DNA from: a virus
IMG/VR virus record: IMGVR_UViG_3300045988_183936
Location: 2,626-66,625 of that record
Direction: 5' to 3' (one strand)
Length of the DNA: 64,000 bases
The notes below the pieces were generated by a model, which saw nothing but the letters and a program-made list of their open reading frames with translations, did no database searches and was not told where the DNA came from. This document shows positions 1 to 9,216 of the stretch, piece after piece (within the stretch, counting starts at the first letter, position 1; every line of letters starts with the position of its first letter). The position numbers and the translations under genes were made by a program.

Positions 1-7
1 GCCTGCC

Positions 8-970
8 GTGTCTACGCGGTATAAGGCTACCCTTCTTGTCCCTTCCAAGGATGCCGAAATGTGTCAGGAACTGCTGGATATGCCTTGTGGCGAGGAGCAT
101 ATTCCCGCTGTGGAGTCCGGTATTGGCAAGTATGCCGGTGTTCGTTGCTTCGGCCTGACGTTCCCTGATGGCTATACCGCAACCGTCACTGTTTGCTCTG
201 ATGACAAGGGATTCTATGTCAATCCCGTCCTCTGGAATGAGGAAATGTCTGATGTCATGTGTCTGGCTTCTGAAAGCGAGCTGGAGGGAATCTACACCTT
301 TGATTACTGCGACAATGTGTATGTCATGGAAGTCGTCAAAGATACGTCCACACCGGCGCTCCACGCAACTACTATCAGAATTCCTGCTGTGGTCGCAACG
401 AAGTATATCAGCTATATGCAGGGCGAGAATGTTCCCAACAATATCATCTATGCGACAAATGTCGTTATCGCTGAGTATTCCAACAAGTTTGACAACGGCT
501 TCACCGCCGTCCTTCAGATTATCCGAAGGGAAGCTGAAGTTGTTGCGAATCTCGCACTGCATGATGCGAACGGCATCAACGTCTGGAACATGGATGAGGA
601 CAGGCTGCTGTTGTGCGTCAGAAAATTCAACTACGGTAACGGCACTTACGAGGTCGAAGTGACGGATGAGACAGCGAACAGCACCGAAAAGGAGAGTTAT
701 TGGACGGAAATCCGTCACGATTTCCGCGAAGATTCTCCCGTTGGCTACGGCGATGTTATCACCGCCGTTTCCATTGATGGTTGGCGCACGCCTGAAGACG
801 ATGCCGAGGGCGAGGTCATTGCCCGTGTTTTCCTGACCAAGAAAGGTGATGTGGTTATTGATTATATCAATGCCATTGCCCGCATTGATGTGCTGGCACA
901 GGAGGCTATCGACGAAACCGTGAAGGAACTGCGCGAGCAGTTCGTCAGCGAGGATGGCTCAGATGAGTAG
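8..970 (+). CDS. hypothetical protein (320 aa); its 3' end overlaps the start of a MazF-like toxin gene
   Basis: Long ORF in the same orientation as the whole block; no recognisable motif. May begin upstream of the window. Confidence 0.45.
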   Translation: MSTRYKATLLVPSKDAEMCQELLDMPCGEEHIPAVESGIGKYAGVRCFGLTFPDGYTATVTVCSDDKGFYVNPVLWNEEMSDVMCLASESELEGIYTFDYCDNVYVMEVVKDTSTPALHATTIRIPAVVATKYISYMQGENVPNNIIYATNVVIAEYSNKFDNGFTAVLQIIRREAEVVANLALHDANGINVWNMDEDRLLLCVRKFNYGNGTYEVEVTDETANSTEKESYWTEIRHDFREDSPVGYGDVITAVSIDGWRTPEDDAEGEVIARVFLTKKGDVVIDYINAIARIDVLAQEAIDETVKELREQFVSEDGSDE

Positions 971-1307
971 ACCGAAAAGAGGCGATATCATTATCGCCAA
1001 ATTCGACCCCACTGATGGGGCGATGAAGTTTGGTGCTACAAGCACCCTTCTCGCCGTAAGCAACGATACGCTGCACGGAGTAACAGATTTCGTCTGGGTG
1101 TGTCCGTTGTCCTACGAAACTGAGTACGGCCCATACCATGTTATACTCGATGAGAAGACGTGTCCTCCTCGTAGCGGAACCGTCCTGTGTGAGTATGTAA
1201 GCTATTTCAACATCATGGCGAACAAGTACGATGTTGTAGGCCATCTGCCCGATGAGGTTCTCGCCAAGGTGCGTTCTGTTCTCTGTGATATTTTTTCTTG
1301 TTCTTGA
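954..1307 (+). CDS. MazF/PemK-family toxin (endoribonuclease-like)
   Basis: N-terminal RGDIIIAKFDPTDG, LLAVSND and VWVCPLSYETE motifs match the PemK/MazF fold pattern. Start may be the ATG at 963. Overlaps the upstream ORF, as in toxin-antitoxin coupling. Confidence 0.55.
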   Translation: MAQMSRPKRGDIIIAKFDPTDGAMKFGATSTLLAVSNDTLHGVTDFVWVCPLSYETEYGPYHVILDEKTCPPRSGTVLCEYVSYFNIMANKYDVVGHLPDEVLAKVRSVLCDIFSCS

Positions 1308-1313
1308 ACTGTG

Positions 1314-1343
1314 AAAAAGCTCCCTTCGGGGAGCTTTTTCTTT
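1314..1343 (+). terminator. intrinsic terminator
   Basis: aaaaaGCTCCCttcgGGGAGCttttt hairpin followed by a T-run. Confidence 0.7.
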
Positions 1344-1354
1344 ACCTGAAATCA

Positions 1355-1549
1355 TTGACAAAACATCAAACTGTGGTAGTATAGAATTATAATTACGAAG
1401 CTATTTTTATAAAGGAGATTATCTCCGTTTTCCAAGTCACCTTAAAGAATCAAGACAGTTATCCCAATCTTGGGATGGCTGTCTTTTTATATATATACAT
1501 ACATTTGTGTTCCCGTAAGTCCTTCAAGGCTGGGAGAAAGGAGAAACAA
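1355..1549 (+). promoter_or_regulatory. repeated promoter-leader-terminator cassette, copy 1
   Basis: TTGACA(1355)-16nt-TGgTAGTAT extended -10. Leader palindrome GGAGATtATCTCC (1414-1426). Terminator hairpin agacagttatccc/gggatggctgtct (1453-1484) plus TTTTT. Conserved downstream block catacatttgtgttcccgtaagtcctt...gggagaaaggagaaa, then a GTG start. Confidence 0.75.
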
Positions 1550-2713
1550 GTGAAAACCAAAGTTATCTTCGAGCGCACTGGCAAAAACATGGAGGCTATC
1601 CGTGAGGAAGTCATCGTCAACGGCGAAATCACTAAGGATGGTTTTGCTGTAATGATGGCAGCTACCAACGGCGATGGCACATTCGTACCGGCTGTTGTCG
1701 GTCTCCATGAGGTGAACGCTGCTGATGAGGCTGTGTATGCGAAGCTGGTCGGCATCGAATCCTGCGAAGCTAATCTCATCGCAACGTGCAGCGCGGACGT
1801 CCTCGTGGGGCGTTTCGTGAACGCGAACGGTGCGTGGGACGAGCTGCCCGTCAAGGGTCAGGCGCAGAGTGGTACTGTCCGTGTCGGCATCCCCTTTGTC
1901 TACGGACTCTACAACTTTACGCCGGTACGTAACGGGGTGAACAAGAAGATTTCGTGGTGGATTTCCCGTCAGGGTATCGGCCACGCGCTTTACTGCTTCA
2001 CCTCCAACTACACCGCCGAAATCGGCTATCAGTTCCAGCACATCAGCAGCTATATCAGTATGTTCGAGGCACAGTTCGGCACCATCGACGGTAAGCCGGC
2101 GTCCGTACAGATTCCTGCTGGTGGGCGGAATGTGGATGCCATGCGCTTTAAGGTCTACCCCAATGTGGGTCCTGCCTACATCGTCGAGGTTCCCTCCGGC
2201 GAGGTCGATAACATCGACGAGTGGCTGAGTGAGCACATGGAGAGTGATGCCACATTCGTGGAGCTGAAAAGCACCGATTCCACCTCCAAAAACACGTCCT
2301 CTGACGACAATGCCGACATCCGCGTGCGGGATATCTGCGGCGATAAGTGCCAGTGCTATGTCTACTACGACAAGGCTTCCGGACAGGACAAGATGCGTTT
2401 TTGGCTGAGAGCCGCGTTCCCCCGTCCCGCCGATATGATTGAGGTACGCACGGCGCTGAAAGCGAACTTCGGCAGCGGCGCCGGCACATTCACCTATGAT
2501 GATGGTTCCTTCGATGTCATCATTGAGAAGCTGGTGCCGTTCGCGTTCTCCAATGCAGATTTGGAGAACTTCGCTGACAATGCAGTCACCCTCATCGAGA
2601 ATGTCCTGCATACCGAGGCTACCAGCGTGAGCTGGAACGCCGGCCATTGTGAGAGCGATGATGATGCGCTGCTTACTGAGAAAGAGCGGAGCATCGTAAG
2701 CCGGCAGGCGTAA
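1550..2713 (+). CDS. hypothetical protein (about 388 aa, GTG start)
   Basis: RBS gggagaaaggagaaacaaGTG. First gene after cassette copy 1. The antisense 424-aa ORF was rejected. Confidence 0.55.
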   Translation: MKTKVIFERTGKNMEAIREEVIVNGEITKDGFAVMMAATNGDGTFVPAVVGLHEVNAADEAVYAKLVGIESCEANLIATCSADVLVGRFVNANGAWDELPVKGQAQSGTVRVGIPFVYGLYNFTPVRNGVNKKISWWISRQGIGHALYCFTSNYTAEIGYQFQHISSYISMFEAQFGTIDGKPASVQIPAGGRNVDAMRFKVYPNVGPAYIVEVPSGEVDNIDEWLSEHMESDATFVELKSTDSTSKNTSSDDNADIRVRDICGDKCQCYVYYDKASGQDKMRFWLRAAFPRPADMIEVRTALKANFGSGAGTFTYDDGSFDVIIEKLVPFAFSNADLENFADNAVTLIENVLHTEATSVSWNAGHCESDDDALLTEKERSIVSRQA

Positions 2714-2726
2714 GGAGGTGTCTTCA

Positions 2727-2879
2727 GTGAACACAGTGATTTTTCCTGAGGACGTCGCCAACGCGGTACAGTCGGCTTACCTCCAAACCGAAGACGAGGA
2801 TGTCAGAAATTTGCTTTTGTCCGTCGGCGCCGAGCTTCTTGATATCTCTCCCGATGAGATGTTTGAGATGATTCGTTGA
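2727..2879 (+). CDS. small hypothetical protein (50 aa)
   Basis: GTG start 8 nt after an AAGGAGG RBS. Not in the ORF track because it is under 60 aa. Confidence 0.35.
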   Translation: MNTVIFPEDVANAVQSAYLQTEDEDVRNLLLSVGAELLDISPDEMFEMIR

Positions 2880-2904
2880 CCGTTGAAAGAAAGGAGAAAC
2901 AGAA

Positions 2905-3174
2905 ATGACCCTGAAGGAGTTTGTTGAAAAAAACGGTAAAGAGAGATGCGTTAGCAAGATGAGACAGTGGCAGTCTGTTACCATTGGCTTCATCGACGCC
3001 GATGGAAAAGACGATGAGACGGAATTCGACGTATACCGCGTGGACACTTCCGCCGGTCTTGAAGAGCTGGCGCAGCTTTTCAACGATTTCTGTGCTGAAA
3101 ACAATTTCCCCACGAACACGGTGCAGTCGGTTCGTGTGGTGAAGAGCGCGGACGACTACTCTGACCTTGCGTAA
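2905..3174 (+). CDS. hypothetical protein (89 aa)
   Basis: gaaagaaaggagaaacagaaATG RBS. Confidence 0.55.
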   Translation: MTLKEFVEKNGKERCVSKMRQWQSVTIGFIDADGKDDETEFDVYRVDTSAGLEELAQLFNDFCAENNFPTNTVQSVRVVKSADDYSDLA

Positions 3175-3206
3175 ATGCTCTGAAAAAAAGAAAGGAGAAA
3201 ATAATC

Positions 3207-4052
3207 ATGGATTCCAAGAAAAAGACAAACAAGACTCGTTGTAGGGCTTGCCCCGCATCCGGTTTTTGCTCCGATGTCTGCTACAATAGGGATGTTCCTG
3301 ATGCCACCTGTGCTCATGCCGTGAAGTACGATAAGCTGAATAAGCGTGTCGCTTCGCTGGAGGGACAGGTTGAGACGGTGAAGTTCATGCCGCTGAAGCA
3401 GCGAGACGCCGAGCTGGAAAAACTGTGGGATGAGTTCACGGATGTCCCGATGAATCCGGACACCGAGAAGATGGAGGATGCGTTCCTCCACTTCCCCGCC
3501 GGCACTCCTCGTGAAGACATCTGGCACTGGTTCGATGAACGCTATTCCAAGGGCATCGCAGCGTTGCTGTATGGCCGGGGTGAGGACAACACCTCCACCA
3601 TCGCTGCGCTGACCTACCTGAATGAGCTTTGCTGCGAGTGCGATTCTGAACTGTGCGCCTTTGCGGATGCTTCCGGCATCTGCCGTGCCCCGTTCATCAC
3701 CGGAGCAGCACCGCGTATCCGTGAGGATGGTTGCGATGATTTCTGTGGCGTAGGCAATGGCTTCTGCGCTCCCCGCGCAAAGGTCGAAAACTCAGAGGCT
3801 GGTCGCTACATGGTATTCATGGATAGCGCCTACATCCGAGACGCACAGATTTACTGCGGCAACCTCAACGAAGATGTCAATTCCGTGGCAAATGAGGATA
3901 GCTGGCGTGATTCCAGCGGTCCGATTTTGCTTATCGACAAGGAGGTCAGCAGCCTTGATGAACTGCGGAACACCGTGAAGGAGATATATCCTGAAGTGGC
4001 GTTCGCCGCTCTGAATGTCATGCGGGTCAGCGGCAAAGCCGTCCGTTTGTAA
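3207..4052 (+). CDS. hypothetical Cys-rich protein (281 aa)
   Basis: aaagaaaggagaaaataatcATG RBS. Multiple CxxC pairs. Confidence 0.55.
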   Translation: MDSKKKTNKTRCRACPASGFCSDVCYNRDVPDATCAHAVKYDKLNKRVASLEGQVETVKFMPLKQRDAELEKLWDEFTDVPMNPDTEKMEDAFLHFPAGTPREDIWHWFDERYSKGIAALLYGRGEDNTSTIAALTYLNELCCECDSELCAFADASGICRAPFITGAAPRIREDGCDDFCGVGNGFCAPRAKVENSEAGRYMVFMDSAYIRDAQIYCGNLNEDVNSVANEDSWRDSSGPILLIDKEVSSLDELRNTVKEIYPEVAFAALNVMRVSGKAVRL

Positions 4053-4066
4053 GGGAGGTGCCCACA

Positions 4067-4519
4067 ATGGATGCCTTTTTGGAAAAGCTCAAAAAGTCTT
4101 TTGTCGAACGTTTTACGTCTTTGATGGAAGACAACGGCGACTCCGTGACGGAAGCTGCAAGGATTATCGGTGTCGCTCCGGAAGCTGTCTCAACATGGCT
4201 GCGTGGGCGTATCGTGCCGAGCATTGATTACTTCGCTAAAATTGCGGATGTTTACAATGTCTCTGTTGATTATCTGCTGGGTCAATCTGAGACCCAGCAG
4301 GTAAAAGACATCCCCGATGAGGCGGCATATCCGGCTGTTCCCGCACGAGCCTTCTACAACTCGGCGTTGCAGCTTATGGCAAAGCAGAATTCTCTCATTG
4401 CCCAACAGAATGCATTGCTGCAGCAACAGAACACCATTCTGGCGGCGATGCAGCAGAAGGCCACTGTTGAGAACACATCTCTGCCTTCGACAGATGTGCC
4501 TCTTGGTTTGCCATTTTGA
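4067..4519 (+). CDS. XRE-family helix-turn-helix transcriptional regulator
   Basis: HTH signature TEAARIIGVAPEAVSTWLRGRIVPSIDYFAKIADVYNVSVDYLLGQ. RBS aagggaggtgcccacaATG. Confidence 0.6.
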   Translation: MDAFLEKLKKSFVERFTSLMEDNGDSVTEAARIIGVAPEAVSTWLRGRIVPSIDYFAKIADVYNVSVDYLLGQSETQQVKDIPDEAAYPAVPARAFYNSALQLMAKQNSLIAQQNALLQQQNTILAAMQQKATVENTSLPSTDVPLGLPF

Positions 4520-4592
4520 GCAGAAAGGAGATTTTATAACCTTGGAGGGGGCTGTTGTTTGCAGCAGTCCTCTCTTTCTATACATAGTCTGT

Positions 4593-4622
4593 TTGACAGA
4601 GAGCGTACAAATGGGCTATAAT
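4593..4622 (+). promoter_or_regulatory. sigma-A-type promoter
   Basis: TTGACA-17nt-TATAAT upstream of the 4653 gene. Confidence 0.55.
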
Positions 4623-4652
4623 AGAGTTGAAAATTGAAAGGAGGATACAACT

Positions 4653-4868
4653 ATGGAAGAATTCGTAAAGGGCGTATCCAAAACTTGCCTATATGAAGAC
4701 CCTCACTGTGACGAAGAGGATGCGGAAATGGACCGTCGGATTTCGTCGGTAGCCTTTGAAGCCTATCAACGGGCAAAAATGAAAGGTATTCCTGTTGCTC
4801 GCTATGATGCAGAGAAAAAGTGTGCCTATTTACTGTATCCGGATGGGAGAATCGAGTATGTCAAATGA
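4653..4868 (+). CDS. small protein (71 aa), possible antitoxin partner of the downstream zeta-like kinase
   Basis: gaaaggaggatacaactATG RBS. Its end overlaps the start of the P-loop protein gene. Confidence 0.45.
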   Translation: MEEFVKGVSKTCLYEDPHCDEEDAEMDRRISSVAFEAYQRAKMKGIPVARYDAEKKCAYLLYPDGRIEYVK

Positions 4869-5538
4869 GAAACAGCGGAAACCTTGCATTATCGTTTTCG
4901 CTGGGCCTAACGGGTCAGGTAAAAGCTCACTTACAAGTAGAGTAGATATACTACCCCCGTATATCAACGCAGACGACATCAAAAAAGAAACTGGATGCAG
5001 CGATTTGGAAGCGGCACAGAAGGCTGATGCAATGCGCTTACAGTGTGTAGAATGGGGCGAAGATTTTACCTTCGAGACAGTTTTGTCCACGAATAAAAAA
5101 CTGGAATTTCTAAAATATGCAAAAGAGCATGGGTATTTCATAAAAGGCTTTTTCGTTCTTACGAAAGACGCATCCGTAAACGTACTTCGTGTATGGGAAC
5201 GTGTTCAATCTGGAGGCCACGACGTACCTGAAGAAAAGATTCGGTCTCGGTACGAAAAGTCTTTGGCAAGGGTTCAGGCCTTTGTTGACCTATGCGACAT
5301 CTGCCATATTTATGACAACTCCGGCTCTTCAACGGATAGAATATTCAAGAAGGCACATGGCGACACCTATAAATGCAGGGAAAATGCTTTCTGGAGCAAA
5401 CAGGAAATCTGTGACCTCGTAGGCATCAAAAGCAATAATGTTGGAGAACTTCTGCTTTCCGACTATGAGAAGAAGCTCTGTAATTCACTTAATAGTGCTA
5501 CTGAGACTGAGGAGGACGTAGATAGAAATGACAAGTAG
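4858..5538 (+). CDS. zeta-toxin-like P-loop kinase (AAA/zeta family)
   Basis: Walker A FAGPNGSGKSS. ETVLS, GYFIKGFFVLT and RVWERVQSGGHDVPEEKIRSRY resemble the zeta-toxin/UNAG-kinase fold. Confidence 0.45.
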   Translation: MSNEKQRKPCIIVFAGPNGSGKSSLTSRVDILPPYINADDIKKETGCSDLEAAQKADAMRLQCVEWGEDFTFETVLSTNKKLEFLKYAKEHGYFIKGFFVLTKDASVNVLRVWERVQSGGHDVPEEKIRSRYEKSLARVQAFVDLCDICHIYDNSGSSTDRIFKKAHGDTYKCRENAFWSKQEICDLVGIKSNNVGELLLSDYEKKLCNSLNSATETEEDVDRNDK

Positions 5539-6238
5539 CCTTGAGGTATTACGCTCTCATGCTATCTACATCAACCCGTCATTCAGCGAAAAGCCTATTA
5601 AGATACCTTCACAGATGTATCCGCTGACGGGGACAATGGAAGTGTTTAGCTACGGCAACACACTTCCATTTCCCTCAGGTGTAGAGACCGACACCATTCG
5701 ACAGGCCTTCGATGCCACGGAGGTCGATGTCGGCTACTGCTATCAGAACACCCAGCGCATTCTGGACGCTCTGGTTGCCGCAGGCGTGAAGAACGCCGTT
5801 CCGTATGCCGGCTGGCTCTTCGTAGGCGATGCCGTCCCTACCCACCACAGCTTCATCGTCGTAGATGGCAAGCATATCATCGACCCTCTCATTCGATTCG
5901 ATAAGATGAATCTGGAAGCCTATGCCAACGAGGATGGAACCAAGACACCGGATTCAATCCGTGGGGCTTTCACGGACGAGGTCATCGAGATGATGAAGCG
6001 TCCCCATTCCGAAGTTATGACATTCGGGCAGGCCAGTCCGTTGAACTACTATGTGGCCGCAAAATGCAAGCCTTCAGAGGCGGTGGCGCGGTTCAGAAAG
6101 CTCATGACAGCTTTTCCAAAACATCCTTCGTATCAGAATATCAGACCGGATGGGACGAACAAGACGCAGACGCTTTTCTACGAAAAGCAGGGCAAAGATA
6201 TGTATGCGCCGAAAATCAAACCGAAAGGAAGTCTGTGA
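5528..6238 (+). CDS. hypothetical protein (236 aa)
   Basis: Start overlaps the previous stop. Same strand block. Confidence 0.5.
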   Translation: MTSSLEVLRSHAIYINPSFSEKPIKIPSQMYPLTGTMEVFSYGNTLPFPSGVETDTIRQAFDATEVDVGYCYQNTQRILDALVAAGVKNAVPYAGWLFVGDAVPTHHSFIVVDGKHIIDPLIRFDKMNLEAYANEDGTKTPDSIRGAFTDEVIEMMKRPHSEVMTFGQASPLNYYVAAKCKPSEAVARFRKLMTAFPKHPSYQNIRPDGTNKTQTLFYEKQGKDMYAPKIKPKGSL

Positions 6239-6240
6239 GA

Positions 6241-6462
6241 ATGGATTATCCATATATCCGCGCATGGAACAGGCTCATGAACGCCACTTCGGACGTCATC
6301 GAAAATGAAGTCGCGGCTGCCCGTAAAGAGAAGGCTCCACCGACTTCAGTTTACAAGCGTAAGGATGGTGTGTGGGAGATTTTCGAGGGAATCGTCCGTG
6401 GCGAAACGAAGCAGCAGCTTGCTGAACTTGTAGCAAAGATGGAAAAGCGCTCTAAGAAGTAA
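6241..6462 (+). CDS. hypothetical protein (73 aa)
   Basis: Internal ATG in ORF 6064..6462, immediately after the previous stop. Followed by a terminator. Confidence 0.4.
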   Translation: MDYPYIRAWNRLMNATSDVIENEVAAARKEKAPPTSVYKRKDGVWEIFEGIVRGETKQQLAELVAKMEKRSKK

Positions 6463-6465
6463 TTA

Positions 6466-6494
6466 AAGAGGCCCGAAAGGGCTTCTTTTTTTTT
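6466..6494 (+). terminator. intrinsic terminator
   Basis: aagaGGCCCgaaaGGGCttc followed by T9. Confidence 0.7.
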
Positions 6495-6506
6495 GGCTCT
6501 GTAATG

Positions 6507-6707
6507 ATTGACAAAATATCAAACTGTGGTAGTATAGAATTATAATTACGAAGCTATTTTTATAAAGGAGATTATCTCCGTTTTCCAAGTCACCATACGT
6601 AAATTCAGACAGTTATCCCGTTTCGGGGATAGCTGTCTTTTTTATATATTTTCATACATTTGTGTTCCCATAAGTCCTTATCATAGGCAGGGAGAAAGGA
6701 GAAATTC
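6507..6707 (+). promoter_or_regulatory. repeated promoter-leader-terminator cassette, copy 2
   Basis: Identical promoter TTGACAaaatatcaaactgtggtagtatagaat. Leader hairpin cagacagttatcccgtttcggggatagctgtct (6606-6638) plus T-run, with compensatory changes relative to copy 1. Confidence 0.75.
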
Positions 6708-7271
6708 ATGACTGACTATCCTAATGAAATTGCCCGTTTAGACGCACAGCGTCGAAAGAATCACGATGCCACCGCCTATGAGGAGCTTGACAAGGCCTAT
6801 ACCGAATCCGGTCATACCGTGTTCATTATGGCACTCAACGCCCTCATTTCGCTGGGACGTGATACCGTCGCGGCCATGGCGCATCCTGCGGCTATCGCTG
6901 CGACTATCCAAGGGAACATCTTTTCCGAGGATTTCAAGCTGGAGGTCGGACGTATCGCACTGATGATGGCAAACGCCGACATCGACGTTCTGTTGGCCGT
7001 TATTCAGCGCATAGTCGTCCCCTTCACTGACCCTCAGGGCAAGCGCATCCCGTTCCTGCACCCCAACGGCGACGAGGAGGACGTCTGCCCCGTGTGTGGC
7101 GCCGAGGTCGAATATCAGGGCGACCGTGAAATCGACTACAACGATGGTACGGAGGTGAGCTGGGAATGCCCCGTCTGCAAGGCGTTTGGCAAGGCACTGT
7201 ACCACGACACCTTCCTCCAGCACGATTCTGTGATTGATGGGAATGGTGATTGCGTACACGACCGTGTCTGA
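6708..7271 (+). CDS. hypothetical protein with C-terminal CxxC...CxxC zinc ribbon
   Basis: gggagaaaggagaaattcATG RBS. CPVCG...CPVCK motifs. Confidence 0.55.
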   Translation: MTDYPNEIARLDAQRRKNHDATAYEELDKAYTESGHTVFIMALNALISLGRDTVAAMAHPAAIAATIQGNIFSEDFKLEVGRIALMMANADIDVLLAVIQRIVVPFTDPQGKRIPFLHPNGDEEDVCPVCGAEVEYQGDREIDYNDGTEVSWECPVCKAFGKALYHDTFLQHDSVIDGNGDCVHDRV

Positions 7272-7313
7272 GCATTCCCGCACGCTATACTCAAGAAGAA
7301 AGGAGAAAGCACC

Positions 7314-7937
7314 ATGACCAAGAACTTCAAGACGGTCGTTGAAGCCCTGAACGAGACCGGCTTCTATCTGGCCTTCTGCAATCTTGTCGTAAACAAGATT
7401 GTAAGAATCCCCATCAAGAAAATTATCTCCGCTGCGGAGGGAAACATTGATGGCATTTCCAACTGGCTGGAACACGCTGCGAAAGATGCCTGCTCCGCCT
7501 TTAATCAGGACGTCCCCATCGACGACCTGATTATGAAGCTGGAGGGCGAGATTCTGCGTGTCACCCATTTCTGCTTTGACCCCCGCATCCGCGAGGCTTT
7601 CAAAGAGATGGGCTATGAGCGCATCGCAGAGGTGTACGAGTCCCGTGGCATCGACATCGAGGACACCGGTATGTTGGAGAAGGTCAAGAGCGTGTTCTGT
7701 ACCTACGTCTTTCTGCTGAACCAGCAGGATAAGACGCTTGGTATCGACCTCTCCGTTGTCCCTTCTGTGGGTTCCTACAGCATTCGTTTCAACGAGTGTA
7801 TTCAGGACTCCATCGTATTCAAGGACGAGGCGGCAGCGAAAGCATTTGCCAAGGCAAACGGATTGGAGAAGCCGTTCATTTCCTTCTACAAGATGACTGC
7901 TTATTGGCAGCCCTTTGAGGAAGGAGATGCGGTGTGA
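7314..7937 (+). CDS. hypothetical protein (207 aa)
   Basis: agaagaaaggagaaagcaccATG RBS. Confidence 0.55.
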   Translation: MTKNFKTVVEALNETGFYLAFCNLVVNKIVRIPIKKIISAAEGNIDGISNWLEHAAKDACSAFNQDVPIDDLIMKLEGEILRVTHFCFDPRIREAFKEMGYERIAEVYESRGIDIEDTGMLEKVKSVFCTYVFLLNQQDKTLGIDLSVVPSVGSYSIRFNECIQDSIVFKDEAAAKAFAKANGLEKPFISFYKMTAYWQPFEEGDAV

Positions 7938-8377
7938 GCACTTCTCAGACCACTTCCCTGCCGCTTGCTGCTGTCCGCATCAAGAATGCACGATTGTCTC
8001 TGGAACTATCCCAGAGCCAGCTTGCAGAAAGGTGTGAGGTGACACCGCAGACCATCTACAAGTATGAGTCTGGGCGAGTGGAGAATATCCCCCTGAAGAC
8101 TTTGGAACGCTTCGCTGAGGTGCTGGGCGTCTCCCCTGCTTATCTGGCGGGCTGGACGAACTCACCTGCCGGCACCAGCGTTCTGGATATTCAGGTACGA
8201 GGAGCGACTCTGCTCTGTGCCACATGTCCCATCTGCGGAAGCCTGAAGTTCGGCCCGAAGCACGGAAGTGCCTATGGACCCGAAGCCCGTTGCTCCGACT
8301 GCGGTACAACATTCCGCCTCGATGCCGACCAGTTTCCTCTGAAGACTGTTCGGCTTGGTATGTCACTGCTGGCCTGA
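7934..8377 (+). CDS. XRE-family HTH regulator with C-terminal Cys4 zinc-ribbon
   Basis: LSQSQLAERCEVTPQTIYKYESGRVENIPLKTLERFAEVLGVSPAYLAGW, then CATCPICG...CSDCG. Confidence 0.55.
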   Translation: MSTSQTTSLPLAAVRIKNARLSLELSQSQLAERCEVTPQTIYKYESGRVENIPLKTLERFAEVLGVSPAYLAGWTNSPAGTSVLDIQVRGATLLCATCPICGSLKFGPKHGSAYGPEARCSDCGTTFRLDADQFPLKTVRLGMSLLA

Positions 8378-8411
8378 TAGCCAGCTTTTTTGAAAAGAAA
8401 GGAGAAAAAAC

Positions 8412-8837
8412 ATGACTATCACCCGTAATATTCCGATTCCCGACCCCAAGGCCACTATCACTGTCGAAATCGAGCTGACCCGCAGCGAGCTGGAGACCGC
8501 GTACCGTGAACAGGAGCGATACTACCGGCTGATGGATGCGGAAGGCCAGCTCTGCACGTATCTGGGTTTCGATGTCATCGACTTCGACCCCGATAACGAG
8601 GACGACGCCGAGAAGCTGGAGAGCTTCAAGGAAAAGTTCGGTGACACTGAGCCGGCATCTCTGGTCGATGAGGAGTCTCCGAACTATGTGCTGAACGATA
8701 TCGTCGCTCAGTTCGAGCACGATGCCGACTGCAACAATGACGTGAACTCCACGTGGCAGAACGCCGTCGAGGAAGTGCTGAACATCCTGCAGGCACGTCT
8801 CAACTACGAGGCGGTCAGCGGCGGTGATGAGGCATGA
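8412..8837 (+). CDS. hypothetical acidic protein (141 aa)
   Basis: gaaaagaaaggagaaaaaacATG RBS. Confidence 0.5.
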   Translation: MTITRNIPIPDPKATITVEIELTRSELETAYREQERYYRLMDAEGQLCTYLGFDVIDFDPDNEDDAEKLESFKEKFGDTEPASLVDEESPNYVLNDIVAQFEHDADCNNDVNSTWQNAVEEVLNILQARLNYEAVSGGDEA

Positions 8838-9154
8838 GCCTTCTGAGATTTCCTGACAAGCGTTATCTCAAGAACGCCATTTGCGGCACTGTCACGTTGC
8901 TGCCCATTGCGGTGGTAGACCCGGAACCTTGTGTTGTCTCTGCGAGACTGTATCCGCATCGCTATGATGGTGCGGCACTGTATCGTTATATCGTAGTGGA
9001 TGCGGAGAACATCGGCATTATCTACGATGACGCGCAGGGGTACGGGTACAAGAACGCTGAGGCCGCAAAACGAGCGTTTTCACACAAGTATCGCGGGATG
9101 TTTCCGTTCAACTATGTGTGGCCTCCCGTGCGGGAAGCCGAATTTTACGAATAA
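8834..9154 (+). CDS. hypothetical protein (106 aa) sharing a DDAQG(Y/F)GY...AAK(R)A(F/Y) motif with the minus-strand gene 30537..30935
   Basis: Start overlaps the previous stop. Motif YRYIVVDAENIGIIYDDAQGYGYKNAEAAKRAF. Confidence 0.45.
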   Translation: MSLLRFPDKRYLKNAICGTVTLLPIAVVDPEPCVVSARLYPHRYDGAALYRYIVVDAENIGIIYDDAQGYGYKNAEAAKRAFSHKYRGMFPFNYVWPPVREAEFYE

Positions 9155-9216
9155 CACAGAAGCCCCTGCGTCCTCTCTTTTTGGAGAGGACGCGGGGTTG
9201 AAAGGAGAAAAAACTA

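Noticed and set aside
1487-2761. 424-aa minus-strand ORF
   Set aside because: It is antisense to 1550..2713. The plus-strand gene has the conserved cassette leader and RBS, and the whole block is plus-oriented.
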